Part shown: positions 54,386 through 63,825 of the stretch, one piece after another
Numbering within the stretch: the stretch's first letter is position 1
Layout of the letters: every line of letters starts with the position of its first letter
Source of the DNA: a virus
Strand: one strand, 5' to 3'
Length of the DNA stretch: 64,000 nucleotides
IMG/VR virus record: IMGVR_UViG_3300037130_000236
Made by a program: the position numbers and the translations under genes
The notes under the pieces: model-generated
What the model was told of the DNA's origin: nothing
What the model saw: the letters and a program-made list of their open reading frames with translations, nothing else
Databases searched by the model: none

Positions 54386-54530
54386 CGGTCCTGGGATGCA
54401 GAACTCCAGAGTGACTCCGCTGCAACAGGCACTTGCGCAGGATGCGTCCGCTCTGTTCCAGAGCAACGCATCGATTCAGCCCATCCCGCAGGGAGGTCCC
54501 TTCCTGCTTGAGATTCCTCTCAATCGTTAG
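54342..54530 (+). CDS. Small hypothetical protein
   Basis: GAGG RBS; 62 aa. Confidence 0.45.
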   Translation: MMPNLNMPLPVVQLNGPGMQNSRVTPLQQALAQDASALFQSNASIQPIPQGGPFLLEIPLNR

Positions 54531-54570
54531 GTAGTGGGGCGCCGGACAGTACCTGTTACCCGGGCGACTA

Positions 54571-54584
54571 ACTAACAGTTGGTT
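54571..54584 (+). repeat. ACTAACAGTTGGTT copy 1
   Basis: Identical to 58843-58856; 16 nt before ATG 54601. Confidence 0.6.
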
Positions 54585-54600
54585 CCATACAAGGTAGGAC

Positions 54601-56994
54601 ATGCTGAGCGAACGCCGTTGGCTCAAGATCCACGACTTTCTGACGTTTCGTCCGAGCGCGGTTCTTGAGAACAAGAGATTCCTGTTCGAGTGCAAGGACT
54701 CGAAGTCCGAGACAGGCCACAGCCTGCTCGTTCGCGTGGACGCGACTCACGCCGGCATCGTAACTGGCAATCGCAAGTTCTACCGTCCCGATTGCATGCA
54801 GGACGCGGTTCAGACCTGGATTCCCAAAGGGGTCGCACCGCTTCCCGTTCTTCGCGGGCACGACAAAGAAGGCGACGTGCTGGGCCGGATTCGTGAGGCC
54901 AAGTACATCGACGACTCCTGGAAGTACGCCAGGGACTTTCCGGTTCTGAAGGACTCAGTCTTCTATAACCGTGATTCGAAGACCAGCGGTAAGTTCAACG
55001 TGTTCAAGACGGTGGACTGGATTCAGGACAACCTGGCCCGCGTGAAGGGCTACCAGGGAATCGGTCATATCGAACTGGGTTTGACTCTGACCAACCCTGA
55101 AGCGATTCAGAAGATACTCCGTGACGAGTATCTGTGCGTTTCGGCCGGTGCGATTACCGACTCGGCTACCTGCTCCATCTGCCACACCGACTGGGCGTCG
55201 GAGGACAAGTGCGAACACCGCCCCGGTGAGATCGTCGATGGACGCATGGCCTTCCTGATCTCGGGAAGGTTCAAGTACAAGGAACTCAGCTTCGTCAACT
55301 TTGGAGCCGACCCGTTTGCTCAGGTGAAGTCCTACGAGTTGAAGGACTCACTCGAGAAGATGTTCTTCCTTGGTCTGCCTCTCGATGACCAGCAGTTTGC
55401 TATCGATAGGGGCCTCAAACTGACCGACAGCCTGTACGAGTCGGACATCGTGATTGAATACGAGGAACCAAAGATGACGATTGATGTGGCCGTCGCACAA
55501 CAGACTCTCAAGAGTCCCGATTTGACGGCAGCGCAAGCATTCGATCTGCAGGATCAACTCACAGCCTGGGCGCCTGAGTCAGACGAAGAGAAGACCTCCC
55601 GGCGCAGTCTGCAGTCCACACTCACCGCCAAGATCCGCAAGAACGGTTGGAAGCGGAAAGAAACTGCCGATCCGGCCGCGATCGAGGATGCCGGCATGAG
55701 CGCCGATCTCGCAGCGGTTCCCGCGGTAGCGGATGGCGTGAACGATGCAACTTCCATTACGACAGCGGTTGCTGAGGCAACCGAGTGCGTGGACGGGATC
55801 TGCGATTGGACAGGGTTCACCCTGACCGACGAGGACCAGGTGTTCTTCGCCGACGAGCAGAAAGTCTACGACGCGCTTTGCACCGAGATGGATGCCGCGG
55901 GCACCGGCGGCGAACTCAAGGACGAACAGATCAAGGACGCCAAGCTGGATGCGGAAGCCCGCAAGAAACTGGGTGGCAAATCCTTCTGTGGCCCGAACCG
56001 CACCTTCCCCGTGGAAGACTGCGCGCATCACACCGCAGCCCTCCGGCTGCTGGGCCGGGCCAAGATCAGCGACGGCGCCAAGGAGAAGATCCGAGCCTGC
56101 GTTGAGAGAAAGGGCAAGACGTTGAAGTGTTCCGTTGCCTCCAAGACCGAAGACAAGATCAATACCACGGCCACCGAGGGCACCGAGATCAGTGACGAAC
56201 TGAAGGCCCTGGCTGTTCACGTCAAACTGATCGATTCGGTGGATGGCTACGATGCCGTCTCAGCCGAAGAAGCCTTGAAGGACGAAAAGCGGGCTCAGAT
56301 CAAGGAAATACTTGGCCATTACCATGCCCTGGATGTTCATCACAAAGGTTGTGAGCCTGATCTGCAGTACAAGATTGAGGATCTCCACAATGCTCTGGCC
56401 GAACGGTGGGGCAAGGACCGCTGGGTCGCATGGGCCAAGAAGTCGCTGGCCGAGCATATCAAGGATTCCCTGTTCGTTTCCAAGGACGAGCTGGCCGAGA
56501 AGGACGACGCCGTTCTGGGCCTGACCGATGAGCTGGCGACGATCAGAACCAGTGTCGCCACCAAGGACCGCCTGCTCGCCGCCGTCCTCCTGGATTCGAA
56601 GACGAGCCTGGCAACGACGCTGGTCATGCACAACTGCCTGCGGAAGAAGGACGGCTATGTCGGCCTCGATCCGAAGCAGATTCAGGACAAGATCGCCGAG
56701 TTTGCCAAGCGCCACATCCAGAGTCTGAAAGACGCTGTGACCGATCTTTTCACCGAGCTGCAGTGGAACACCGCGGCCGAACCGGGGAAAGCTGGCACCG
56801 ACCAGGGAACCACGGTAAACGACAACGCTCACGTAGATGAGGCTGATGGAACGGACCCCAGTCCGGCTCTGATCCCTGCGCTCACGGTGCAAGACGCCCA
56901 GAAGCTCGATCGCATGCTCACCTACATTCATGACGAAACGGACCGCCAGCGGTACATCGCCGACGTTCGTTACGGACGTGTGCAGCTCAGCTAA
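54601..56994 (+). CDS. Prohead maturation protease with scaffold-like C-terminus
   Basis: ATHAG..GN...Y, VLRGHD, VSAG, CSIC..CEH..G, ELSFVNFGADPFA; acidic/coiled-coil C-terminus. Confidence 0.8.
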   Translation: MLSERRWLKIHDFLTFRPSAVLENKRFLFECKDSKSETGHSLLVRVDATHAGIVTGNRKFYRPDCMQDAVQTWIPKGVAPLPVLRGHDKEGDVLGRIREAKYIDDSWKYARDFPVLKDSVFYNRDSKTSGKFNVFKTVDWIQDNLARVKGYQGIGHIELGLTLTNPEAIQKILRDEYLCVSAGAITDSATCSICHTDWASEDKCEHRPGEIVDGRMAFLISGRFKYKELSFVNFGADPFAQVKSYELKDSLEKMFFLGLPLDDQQFAIDRGLKLTDSLYESDIVIEYEEPKMTIDVAVAQQTLKSPDLTAAQAFDLQDQLTAWAPESDEEKTSRRSLQSTLTAKIRKNGWKRKETADPAAIEDAGMSADLAAVPAVADGVNDATSITTAVAEATECVDGICDWTGFTLTDEDQVFFADEQKVYDALCTEMDAAGTGGELKDEQIKDAKLDAEARKKLGGKSFCGPNRTFPVEDCAHHTAALRLLGRAKISDGAKEKIRACVERKGKTLKCSVASKTEDKINTTATEGTEISDELKALAVHVKLIDSVDGYDAVSAEEALKDEKRAQIKEILGHYHALDVHHKGCEPDLQYKIEDLHNALAERWGKDRWVAWAKKSLAEHIKDSLFVSKDELAEKDDAVLGLTDELATIRTSVATKDRLLAAVLLDSKTSLATTLVMHNCLRKKDGYVGLDPKQIQDKIAEFAKRHIQSLKDAVTDLFTELQWNTAAEPGKAGTDQGTTVNDNAHVDEADGTDPSPALIPALTVQDAQKLDRMLTYIHDETDRQRYIADVRYGRVQLS

Positions 56995-57027
56995 GCAACC
57001 AAGACTTAGGTTGCAGGAGAAACTATC

Positions 57028-58824
57028 ATGCCAGTCGATCTCAATAACCAGTACACCGGCAAACTGTTCGGGCAGGACCGTATTGGTCAGACGACCCCGG
57101 ACCTGGAGCTCTCTGAGCCCCTGAAGCCTTGGCTGCCTGTTCCGTATCCGGCGCCCTATCTGCCGGGTCTGCGTCAGGATCAAGGCCATCCGAAGTTGGC
57201 GTCTGTCGTGCTCAGCTCGCAGCATCTGATTGGGCAAGACAAGAGCGGCGCGCTCGTTCCTTCCGGCCTGCAATGCGGAAAGACTCCCGCCGGTTCCAAC
57301 GTGTGGTGCATCATTCAGTGGGGCGCAGGTTCGATCGATCAGTTCACCATCGACCCCCGCACCGGCAACGCCGTCACTCCTGGCGACCATTGTGTTCTGG
57401 CAGCTCCCGCCGACGCCGCGCCTGGCAACGTGACCCTGACCAACGGCACCGTGATTGCGGTCAGCTGGACCGACATCAACTGGGCCTGGAACTGCACTCT
57501 GTTCCCGAGCGTGACGACTGGCACGACCCTGTCCGGGTCCGCCACCAACGTTCCCCTGGTTCCGGTGCTCACGCCTTCCGCCGCTGCGACCGCGTCGACC
57601 CTGGTTTACACAGTCGCTGCGGCTGGTGACACTTTTGCAGGTCAGCTGACCTTCAAGGTCGGCGCGGCCGGCACACCTGTGACGGTTGAGTTCAACGGAA
57701 CACTGGCAGCGGCTGCAACAGCTGTTGCGGCTGCGGTTACTGCTCAGGCGCCTGCTTCTGCTGTGACTGCTGCGAATGCGGTTCTCACCGCGGCGAACAC
57801 CGCGCTGGCCACGGCCAACACCGCCGTGACGACTGCCAACACCGCTCTCACCGCCGCGAATGTGGTTGTTACCACGGCCGGCAACACAGTGACAGCGACG
57901 GACCTTGCCAACCAGTCTGCGGCTCTGGCGGCCTACAACACCGCTCTGGCCAACCTGGCGACTGCCCAGACCACCCAAGTTGCTGCACAGAACGCTTACA
58001 CCGCCGTGTTCAACCTGAACGCAGTGACCGTCGCGGCCACCACGACCACACTGACCCTCACGGGCGTGGTTGACGGCGCGCTCCTGGCCGGCACCAACTC
58101 CTTCGTCTTCACCAGCGACATCGACGACGTGGGCCATGTGGGCACGGCAGTCCCTTACTCGTATGGCACGGCCCGTCCGATCGGCGTTTGCACTCGGAAC
58201 GTCTTCCAGTACATCGGAGGCGTGAAGATCATCGACAAATCGCTCGCCGGCGGCATCCTGTACCGCCTCGAAGGCCTGAACCCCATCGGATTCCAGGTCA
58301 TGAACTACATGCACGAGATGGGCACGGCCATCCAGACCCAGTACGTGCTGAAGGTGCCGTGGATCGGGGCCACGCCGAACACGCTGCAGCAAGACGCAAC
58401 GACCGACGGCATTCAGGGCTACGTGCAGGGCTATGGACGCACCTTCGCCCACTTCACGGGCCTTCCCACCACCGGCGCAGGCGTGACCTTCTCGCAGTTC
58501 CAGAACGACCAGGGCAACTACACGGTGTTCAACCCGGCAGTCAACTCTCCGGTTGATCTGGTCGGTCGCATCATCGGCGTCGTGAACATGATCAACAAGA
58601 TCGGGTTCTCGAACCGCATCAAGACCCTGTGGGATCCGTCTCGCATGGTTGGCCCGATGACCGATCCGAATCCGGCGGCCATCATGATGGGCGGCTCGGC
58701 CACTGCCGGCCTGCCTTACGACCTGAACCTGACGACTGACGGCATCTACAAGGCCTCTCAGTTGCAGAAGACTCAGGCCCGGCCCGAGTACGGCACCTAC
58801 GTCCTGGTCCGCGTGCTCCTGTAA
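57028..58824 (+). CDS. Putative head decoration/fibre protein with internal Ala/Thr/Asn heptad repeats
   Basis: Between protease and capsid gene; TAANTAL/ATANTAV/TTANTAL/TAANVVV. Confidence 0.7.
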   Translation: MPVDLNNQYTGKLFGQDRIGQTTPDLELSEPLKPWLPVPYPAPYLPGLRQDQGHPKLASVVLSSQHLIGQDKSGALVPSGLQCGKTPAGSNVWCIIQWGAGSIDQFTIDPRTGNAVTPGDHCVLAAPADAAPGNVTLTNGTVIAVSWTDINWAWNCTLFPSVTTGTTLSGSATNVPLVPVLTPSAAATASTLVYTVAAAGDTFAGQLTFKVGAAGTPVTVEFNGTLAAAATAVAAAVTAQAPASAVTAANAVLTAANTALATANTAVTTANTALTAANVVVTTAGNTVTATDLANQSAALAAYNTALANLATAQTTQVAAQNAYTAVFNLNAVTVAATTTTLTLTGVVDGALLAGTNSFVFTSDIDDVGHVGTAVPYSYGTARPIGVCTRNVFQYIGGVKIIDKSLAGGILYRLEGLNPIGFQVMNYMHEMGTAIQTQYVLKVPWIGATPNTLQQDATTDGIQGYVQGYGRTFAHFTGLPTTGAGVTFSQFQNDQGNYTVFNPAVNSPVDLVGRIIGVVNMINKIGFSNRIKTLWDPSRMVGPMTDPNPAAIMMGGSATAGLPYDLNLTTDGIYKASQLQKTQARPEYGTYVLVRVLL

Positions 58825-58842
58825 TCCAGGCACACGCACCTT

Positions 58843-58856
58843 ACTAACAGTTGGTT
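58843..58856 (+). repeat. ACTAACAGTTGGTT copy 2
   Basis: Directly abuts GGAG RBS of 58866. Confidence 0.6.
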
Positions 58857-58865
58857 GGAGCCTCC

Positions 58866-59066
58866 ATGCCGCAGATCGTGATCACCCATGGGCAAGCGTA
58901 TGTCAAGGGCGACGGTCTGCGGTGCATGGCAAAACGCTCCGATGGCACAGGCCGCGTCTGCGACAAGCTTGTGGTCAAGAAGAACCCAGCAGGTGAGATC
59001 GCCGGAGCATTCCAGTGCCCCGATCGCCGGTGTCGCCAGCATATCCAAGTCGAGACCAGACGATAA
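58866..59066 (+). CDS. Small Zn-finger protein, Mu Com-like pattern
   Basis: RC...CDKLV...FQCP..RC..IQV. Confidence 0.6.
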   Translation: MPQIVITHGQAYVKGDGLRCMAKRSDGTGRVCDKLVVKKNPAGEIAGAFQCPDRRCRQHIQVETRR

Positions 59067-59143
59067 CTGCGGTCTCTGACGCACACCTTTACAATCCGCC
59101 GGCCCACGTTGGACCAAACCGCCCTGAGGAGGGTATTTTCCAC

Positions 59144-60469
59144 ATGTCAAAGACCAAGGTCACTCCCGAACAATTCAAGGCAGAACTTGAACTGCAGGAT
59201 CGGTTTGCGACAATCTTCCGCACGAACGGGTGGGACCCCGTCGCCGACAAGGTTGTCGACATCAACGATGCCCTGGACATCCAGAACGCTGCCTTCATGA
59301 TTCCGAAGGCGATGACGACCATCGTGCAGGAAGGCATCGAGCCGATGTTGATCGGCACCCACCTGCTTCAGAAGATCCAGTACAAGCCCGGCATGATGAC
59401 CGTATTCCCGGCCGTCGAGCCTCTGCGTGCAGAGGAAACCGGCGACGGCATGGATCTGCCGATCTACAACATCAACATCGGCGGCGCGCAGTCCTTCGGC
59501 GTGACCGTCAAGCGTCACGGCCTTCGCCTGAAGATCGCCAAGCGGTTCGTCGAGGAATCGGCCTACCCATGGATCAACTTCTGGCTGCGTCTGGCCGGCA
59601 ACGCTCTCGCGCGCCACAAGGAAGAGTACATCTTCGACTTCATCACGAAGCTCGGCACGTTGGTCTTCGACAACGATCCGAACTCCCGTCTGGCCAGCTC
59701 CCCGCTGCAGCCGATCAAGGGCGTCACGACCGGCCGCAACTACAAGGGCGTGCTGAACGGCTCCATGACAGTGGACGACGTGTTCGATATGTACGCGGCT
59801 GTGCTGCTCAACGGCTTCGTGCCCGACACGCTCCTGGTCCACCCCATGGCGTGGCTGATGTGGGTCAAGGATCCTGTCCTCCGTGAGTTTGCCATCCAGG
59901 CAGGCGGCGGCAGCTTCTTCGCCAACTTCACCGGCAACCCCGCGGTGCTTGGCAACAAGTTCTACAACAACGGCGGACTCGGCATCGGTCAAGGCCAGAC
60001 CGGGCAGTACACCAACGGTCAGCTCACCGGCGGCGAAGTGTCGCAGGCGACTTCTGGCAACTACCAGAACATGACGTCGGCCCCGATCCTGCCGAACTAC
60101 CTCGGCATTCCATTCCGGATCCTGGTCAGCCCGTTCGTGAACTTCGATCCCGAGCAGCGCACAACCGACATCATGATGTTCAACAGCCGCAACCTCGGCG
60201 CCCTGATTGTGGCTGAAGAGCCTCATGTCAAGAGCTGGGAAGACGGCCAGTACAACATCCAGAACATGTCGATCGAAGAGACCTACGGCTTCGGCATCCT
60301 CAACGAGGGCCAGGCCATCGCGGTCGCCCGCAACGTGAAGATCCGCCCGAACGAGTTCGTGATGCCCGCCCGCACCGTGTACAACCTGTCGGATTCGGAC
60401 AGCACCTACACCGATCTGGGCACGGCGCCGATCTTCGATCCGGCCAACCCGCTCAACGTCAACGCCTAA
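59144..60469 (+). CDS. Major capsid protein (HK97-like fold inferred)
   Basis: GAGGAGG RBS; 441 aa; PDTLLVHPMAW, ILVSPFV; followed by terminator; strongly biased codon usage. Confidence 0.85.
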   Translation: MSKTKVTPEQFKAELELQDRFATIFRTNGWDPVADKVVDINDALDIQNAAFMIPKAMTTIVQEGIEPMLIGTHLLQKIQYKPGMMTVFPAVEPLRAEETGDGMDLPIYNINIGGAQSFGVTVKRHGLRLKIAKRFVEESAYPWINFWLRLAGNALARHKEEYIFDFITKLGTLVFDNDPNSRLASSPLQPIKGVTTGRNYKGVLNGSMTVDDVFDMYAAVLLNGFVPDTLLVHPMAWLMWVKDPVLREFAIQAGGGSFFANFTGNPAVLGNKFYNNGGLGIGQGQTGQYTNGQLTGGEVSQATSGNYQNMTSAPILPNYLGIPFRILVSPFVNFDPEQRTTDIMMFNSRNLGALIVAEEPHVKSWEDGQYNIQNMSIEETYGFGILNEGQAIAVARNVKIRPNEFVMPARTVYNLSDSDSTYTDLGTAPIFDPANPLNVNA

Positions 60470-60495
60470 CCAACAGTCAGTTCTGTGCAACCATC

Positions 60496-60525
60496 GGGCG
60501 GCGGGCAACCGCCGCCCTTCGTGTA
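60496..60525 (+). terminator. Probable terminator after capsid gene
   Basis: GGGCGGCG-GGCAAC-CGCCGCCC then TTCGTGT. Confidence 0.5.
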
Positions 60526-60619
60526 GTGACCTGTAACCGTTTCTCAGCGAGGCCCGATGTACACGAGATTCAATCGGCCTAGACACAAACACCCACCGTA
60601 TGTAACCAAGGAGGTTTTC

Positions 60620-60856
60620 ATGGCAGCAATCGACGATCTTAACACAGCGGTCGCGGCGCTTCAGGCCGAGGATGTGCTGGTGCTGGCCGGACTTGCCAGT
60701 CTTCAAGCACAGGTCACCACGCTTAACACAACCATTGCCAACTCGCCGAACGTGGACCCCGCGATTGAGACCGCCGCGCAGGCGGTGCAGGCCGAGGTGG
60801 CCAAGTTCCAGGCCGCACTTGCACCCGCAGCTCCCGCCGTTCCCGCGGCCAGCTAA
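60620..60856 (+). CDS. Small Ala-rich coiled-coil protein
   Basis: AAGGAGG RBS before MAAIDD. Confidence 0.7.
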   Translation: MAAIDDLNTAVAALQAEDVLVLAGLASLQAQVTTLNTTIANSPNVDPAIETAAQAVQAEVAKFQAALAPAAPAVPAAS

Positions 60857-60954
60857 CCAAATCATGTCCAGGCGGAGACTGCCGTCTTCCGCCTGGCCGA
60901 CCCTGAGTCTTTGGTAGATCTCCGCCTTTATCGACACTCGGAAGTGGAGATCCT

Positions 60955-61563
60955 ATGTCCAGTCTGATCGTGATGCCCGGCAGCGAAGAGTTCAAGAAAA
61001 CGCTGGCCTCGATAGCAAAGGCGCCGCGCCGCCGGAAGCTTGTACAACCTGTCGACCTCGTAGGTCACACCTTGATGCTGAACACCGCCCTGGTCAAGAC
61101 CTTCCAGTGTGGCGGCTTCGTCCTGGGCCCGAACAGGCCCATCGGTATTGTGGACGAACAGTCTCAGCAGATTCCGATTCGCAAGGCATTGGAAGAGAAG
61201 AAGCTGATTGACGTCACCGGCAAGGACATGGCCACCAAAGGGTTCAAGGGAACCGGTGGCCAGACCTCGGCAATCACCGAAGAAGACACCGGCAAGAAGG
61301 TATTCGTCGGCCGCGATCGCCGCGGCAACCTCTACATCGCAACTCCCAGATCCAAGACTGAAGCCAAGCGGTTCGAGCGCGAAATCCGGACGACTGGCAC
61401 GCTCAAGAGCGTTGACTTCGAGACCGAGACCACAGGTCTCTGCGCCATTACCGAAGAGGTAGTGGAATCCAGCGAACAGCCTGTCAAGAAGCCCGCGAAG
61501 AAGGTCAAGAAGAATGTCCGCACCCGTCGTACTTCAGGCAACGCCGTCCGATCAAGAAACTGA
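60955..61563 (+). CDS. Hypothetical basic protein
   Basis: GGAG RBS; 202 aa. Confidence 0.7.
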   Translation: MSSLIVMPGSEEFKKTLASIAKAPRRRKLVQPVDLVGHTLMLNTALVKTFQCGGFVLGPNRPIGIVDEQSQQIPIRKALEEKKLIDVTGKDMATKGFKGTGGQTSAITEEDTGKKVFVGRDRRGNLYIATPRSKTEAKRFEREIRTTGTLKSVDFETETTGLCAITEEVVESSEQPVKKPAKKVKKNVRTRRTSGNAVRSRN

Positions 61564-62218
61564 TGTGGTTCTTGGCCAGGCGATCATCGTCGCTTTCGAC
61601 CAGGCGCTCGACACCTCGACGCTGAACGATAGCACGTTCTCGTTGACGTTCCCCGCTCCAACTCAAGTTCTCACATCGGGCCAGCTCGTTGCTGGCGAGG
61701 CCGCCCCTTCAACATTCAATGTTGAAGGGGTCTGGTCGTTTGCAGACGACACCACGGGTCGCACGATTGCGACCTTCACACCCACCAGACACTTCCAGGA
61801 GAACACGCTCTACACGGCGATGCTGCTGGGCGCTGATGCGTCCCTTTCGACCGAAGACGTGATGAACCCCGCCGGCGAATCGATGAATGTCAGCTACCAG
61901 TGGACATTCACCACCGGCATTTTGAACCTGCTGACACCTCCACCTGTTTCTCCTCTTCTGGATGCATTTCCAGCCCTTCAGCTCGATCAGATCAAGGTCA
62001 TTCCAAGACGGCGGATTGGCCAGGATTTGAGTCAGTCGTTCGACATTCTGTTTCCAGATGACATCGATCCGACCTCATTCTCGGTCGAGGACCTTTACAT
62101 GAGCATCGAGCCTCTCCTCGGGGATCCTACTGTATCTGTGCCGCAAGCTCTGCAGTATGCAGCCGTCATCACCGGTAACAAAATCCAGATCACGGTCACA
62201 GGTTGGCCGTCAAGTTAG
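61514..62218 (+). CDS. Ig-like (Big_5/SbsA-type) virion protein
   Basis: V...TP....DV......VAFDQALD..T....F.L...ATFTP....NTLYT. Confidence 0.75.
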   Translation: MSAPVVLQATPSDQETDVVLGQAIIVAFDQALDTSTLNDSTFSLTFPAPTQVLTSGQLVAGEAAPSTFNVEGVWSFADDTTGRTIATFTPTRHFQENTLYTAMLLGADASLSTEDVMNPAGESMNVSYQWTFTTGILNLLTPPPVSPLLDAFPALQLDQIKVIPRRRIGQDLSQSFDILFPDDIDPTSFSVEDLYMSIEPLLGDPTVSVPQALQYAAVITGNKIQITVTGWPSS

Positions 62219-62226
62219 GAAATGAC

Positions 62227-62679
62227 ATGTCACAACTTACACCGCACTTCGCAGACACTGAACCCGGACTGACTGTCCTGGCAGGCGCTGACTCGCACGT
62301 CATCGAGAACGTGACCTTCCTCTGCGAGAAGGTCCTCGAACCCATTCACGACAAGTTCGGAACTGTCCGCGTTCATGACAGCTACCGCGATCCTGGCCAC
62401 AACGCCCAGGTCGGCGGCAAGACAGCTTCCTTCCACCTTTGCATCGGCGGCCACGCCGCCGTCGATGTCGATGCGCCCGCAGTCTCCATGCAGGGTCTCT
62501 TCGACTGGCTGCGTCTCGAAAGCAAGCTTCCCTTCGACAAGGTCATCCTCGAGAAGAACAAGGCTGAAGTTCCGGCCTGCGTTCACATTCAGATCGACCG
62601 CCTCAATCCACCCAGACGCCAGGCATTCATCGGCCACACCGGCGCCGCAACCGTGTACACCCCAGTGGAAGTCAACTAG
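62227..62679 (+). CDS. Peptidase M15A-family endolysin
   Basis: LTPHF, VLEPI, SYR.P.HN..VGG...SFH...AAVD. Confidence 0.85.
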   Translation: MSQLTPHFADTEPGLTVLAGADSHVIENVTFLCEKVLEPIHDKFGTVRVHDSYRDPGHNAQVGGKTASFHLCIGGHAAVDVDAPAVSMQGLFDWLRLESKLPFDKVILEKNKAEVPACVHIQIDRLNPPRRQAFIGHTGAATVYTPVEVN

Positions 62680-62688
62680 GAGACCTTC

Positions 62689-62919
62689 ATGGCATACAGG
62701 ATCGATCTGACAACCCGGAACGCTTCCATTGCGATCGTTCTCGGTTTGGACGTTCTCTTCTTCGCCGCCGCGATCGGGGCTTCCGTTCAACCTGCATTTG
62801 CAGACTTGAGCACGAAGCTCTGGGGCCTGTTTGCAGGCACCAACGGCGCGCTGATGCTCGCTCTGAACGCGAGCGGCAACACCCCAACACCCCCAACACC
62901 AGCAGTGGCAGGCGCGTAA
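62689..62919 (+). CDS. Putative holin (2 TM)
   Basis: AGGAG RBS; two hydrophobic helices next to endolysin. Confidence 0.55.
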   Translation: MAYRIDLTTRNASIAIVLGLDVLFFAAAIGASVQPAFADLSTKLWGLFAGTNGALMLALNASGNTPTPPTPAVAGA

Positions 62920-63773
62920 TGAGACGCTTTCATCCTCGCTTTCAAGAACGAGCACTGAGATCCCGCCGGAAGTTCAAGCTTCCGGCGTGGTTCCTGCCTT
63001 TTGTGAAGGTTGCCGTCTTCGCGGTTCCGTTTGCGTTCCTTTGTGTTTGTCTCGGTCTGGCCGGCCTCGAAGCTCGCAAGGCAACCATTGGCTTGGAAGC
63101 CACTGACGCAGCGGCCAAGAACTTCATCGTTGACACCCAACAGCAGGTACATGTTGTGGGCAACAACACTAACCACCTCATTGTTGAGGCAGGTCTCACC
63201 GCAAAGGAAGCGCGCCTGGCCGCTACTTCCCAACGCCAGTTCTGGGATAACGAAGTTCCTGTCCTGGCTGCCCGCGCGAACGGAACCTTTGACCGCACCG
63301 ATGCGCTGCTTGCCTCCTTCCGCAAGACCTCAGACGGTCTCGACGCCGATCTGACCACCATTACGAACGACATTACTGACACGACAACCACGCTCAAACC
63401 AGCCTTGGTCGCCACCGCCGCCGCCGCCACATCCGCATCGAACATGGCCCAGCAGGCCAGCAAGGATCTTGCCGATCCCAACATTCCGGCAACTCTGAAG
63501 AACATCAATGACGGTACTCATCAAATTGCTCTCACATCTGGTTCCGTTGCTCACACTGCTGACAATCTGGATCGCAAGGTCGACAAGATGCTTCACCCAG
63601 GATTCTGGGGAGCCGTCAAGGCCTACACCGTGTTCGGGGCCCAGCTCGCCACCGACGCAATCGAGATGCACTACTACCTGTTCTCAGTCGCCCCAGGTGC
63701 AACCGTCCAGACCGTCAAAGCAGCTGTCACGCACATCGCCAAACCCCTCACTCACCGGCCAGCAGCCAAGTAG
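62919..63773 (+). CDS. N-terminally anchored coiled-coil protein, possible inner spanin
   Basis: Basic N-terminus, one TM, long helical T/A-rich region; follows holin. Confidence 0.5.
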   Translation: MRRFHPRFQERALRSRRKFKLPAWFLPFVKVAVFAVPFAFLCVCLGLAGLEARKATIGLEATDAAAKNFIVDTQQQVHVVGNNTNHLIVEAGLTAKEARLAATSQRQFWDNEVPVLAARANGTFDRTDALLASFRKTSDGLDADLTTITNDITDTTTTLKPALVATAAAATSASNMAQQASKDLADPNIPATLKNINDGTHQIALTSGSVAHTADNLDRKVDKMLHPGFWGAVKAYTVFGAQLATDAIEMHYYLFSVAPGATVQTVKAAVTHIAKPLTHRPAAK

Positions 63774-63825
63774 CTTTGGTAGTTCGGACCAACGCGCCAC
63801 ACTCACGATAGGAGATACACCCGTT

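Noticed and set aside
56260-60937. Long - strand ORFs (859 aa, 596 aa) and similar antisense ORFs elsewhere
   Set aside because: Antisense shadows of strongly codon-biased structural genes; no motifs or RBS
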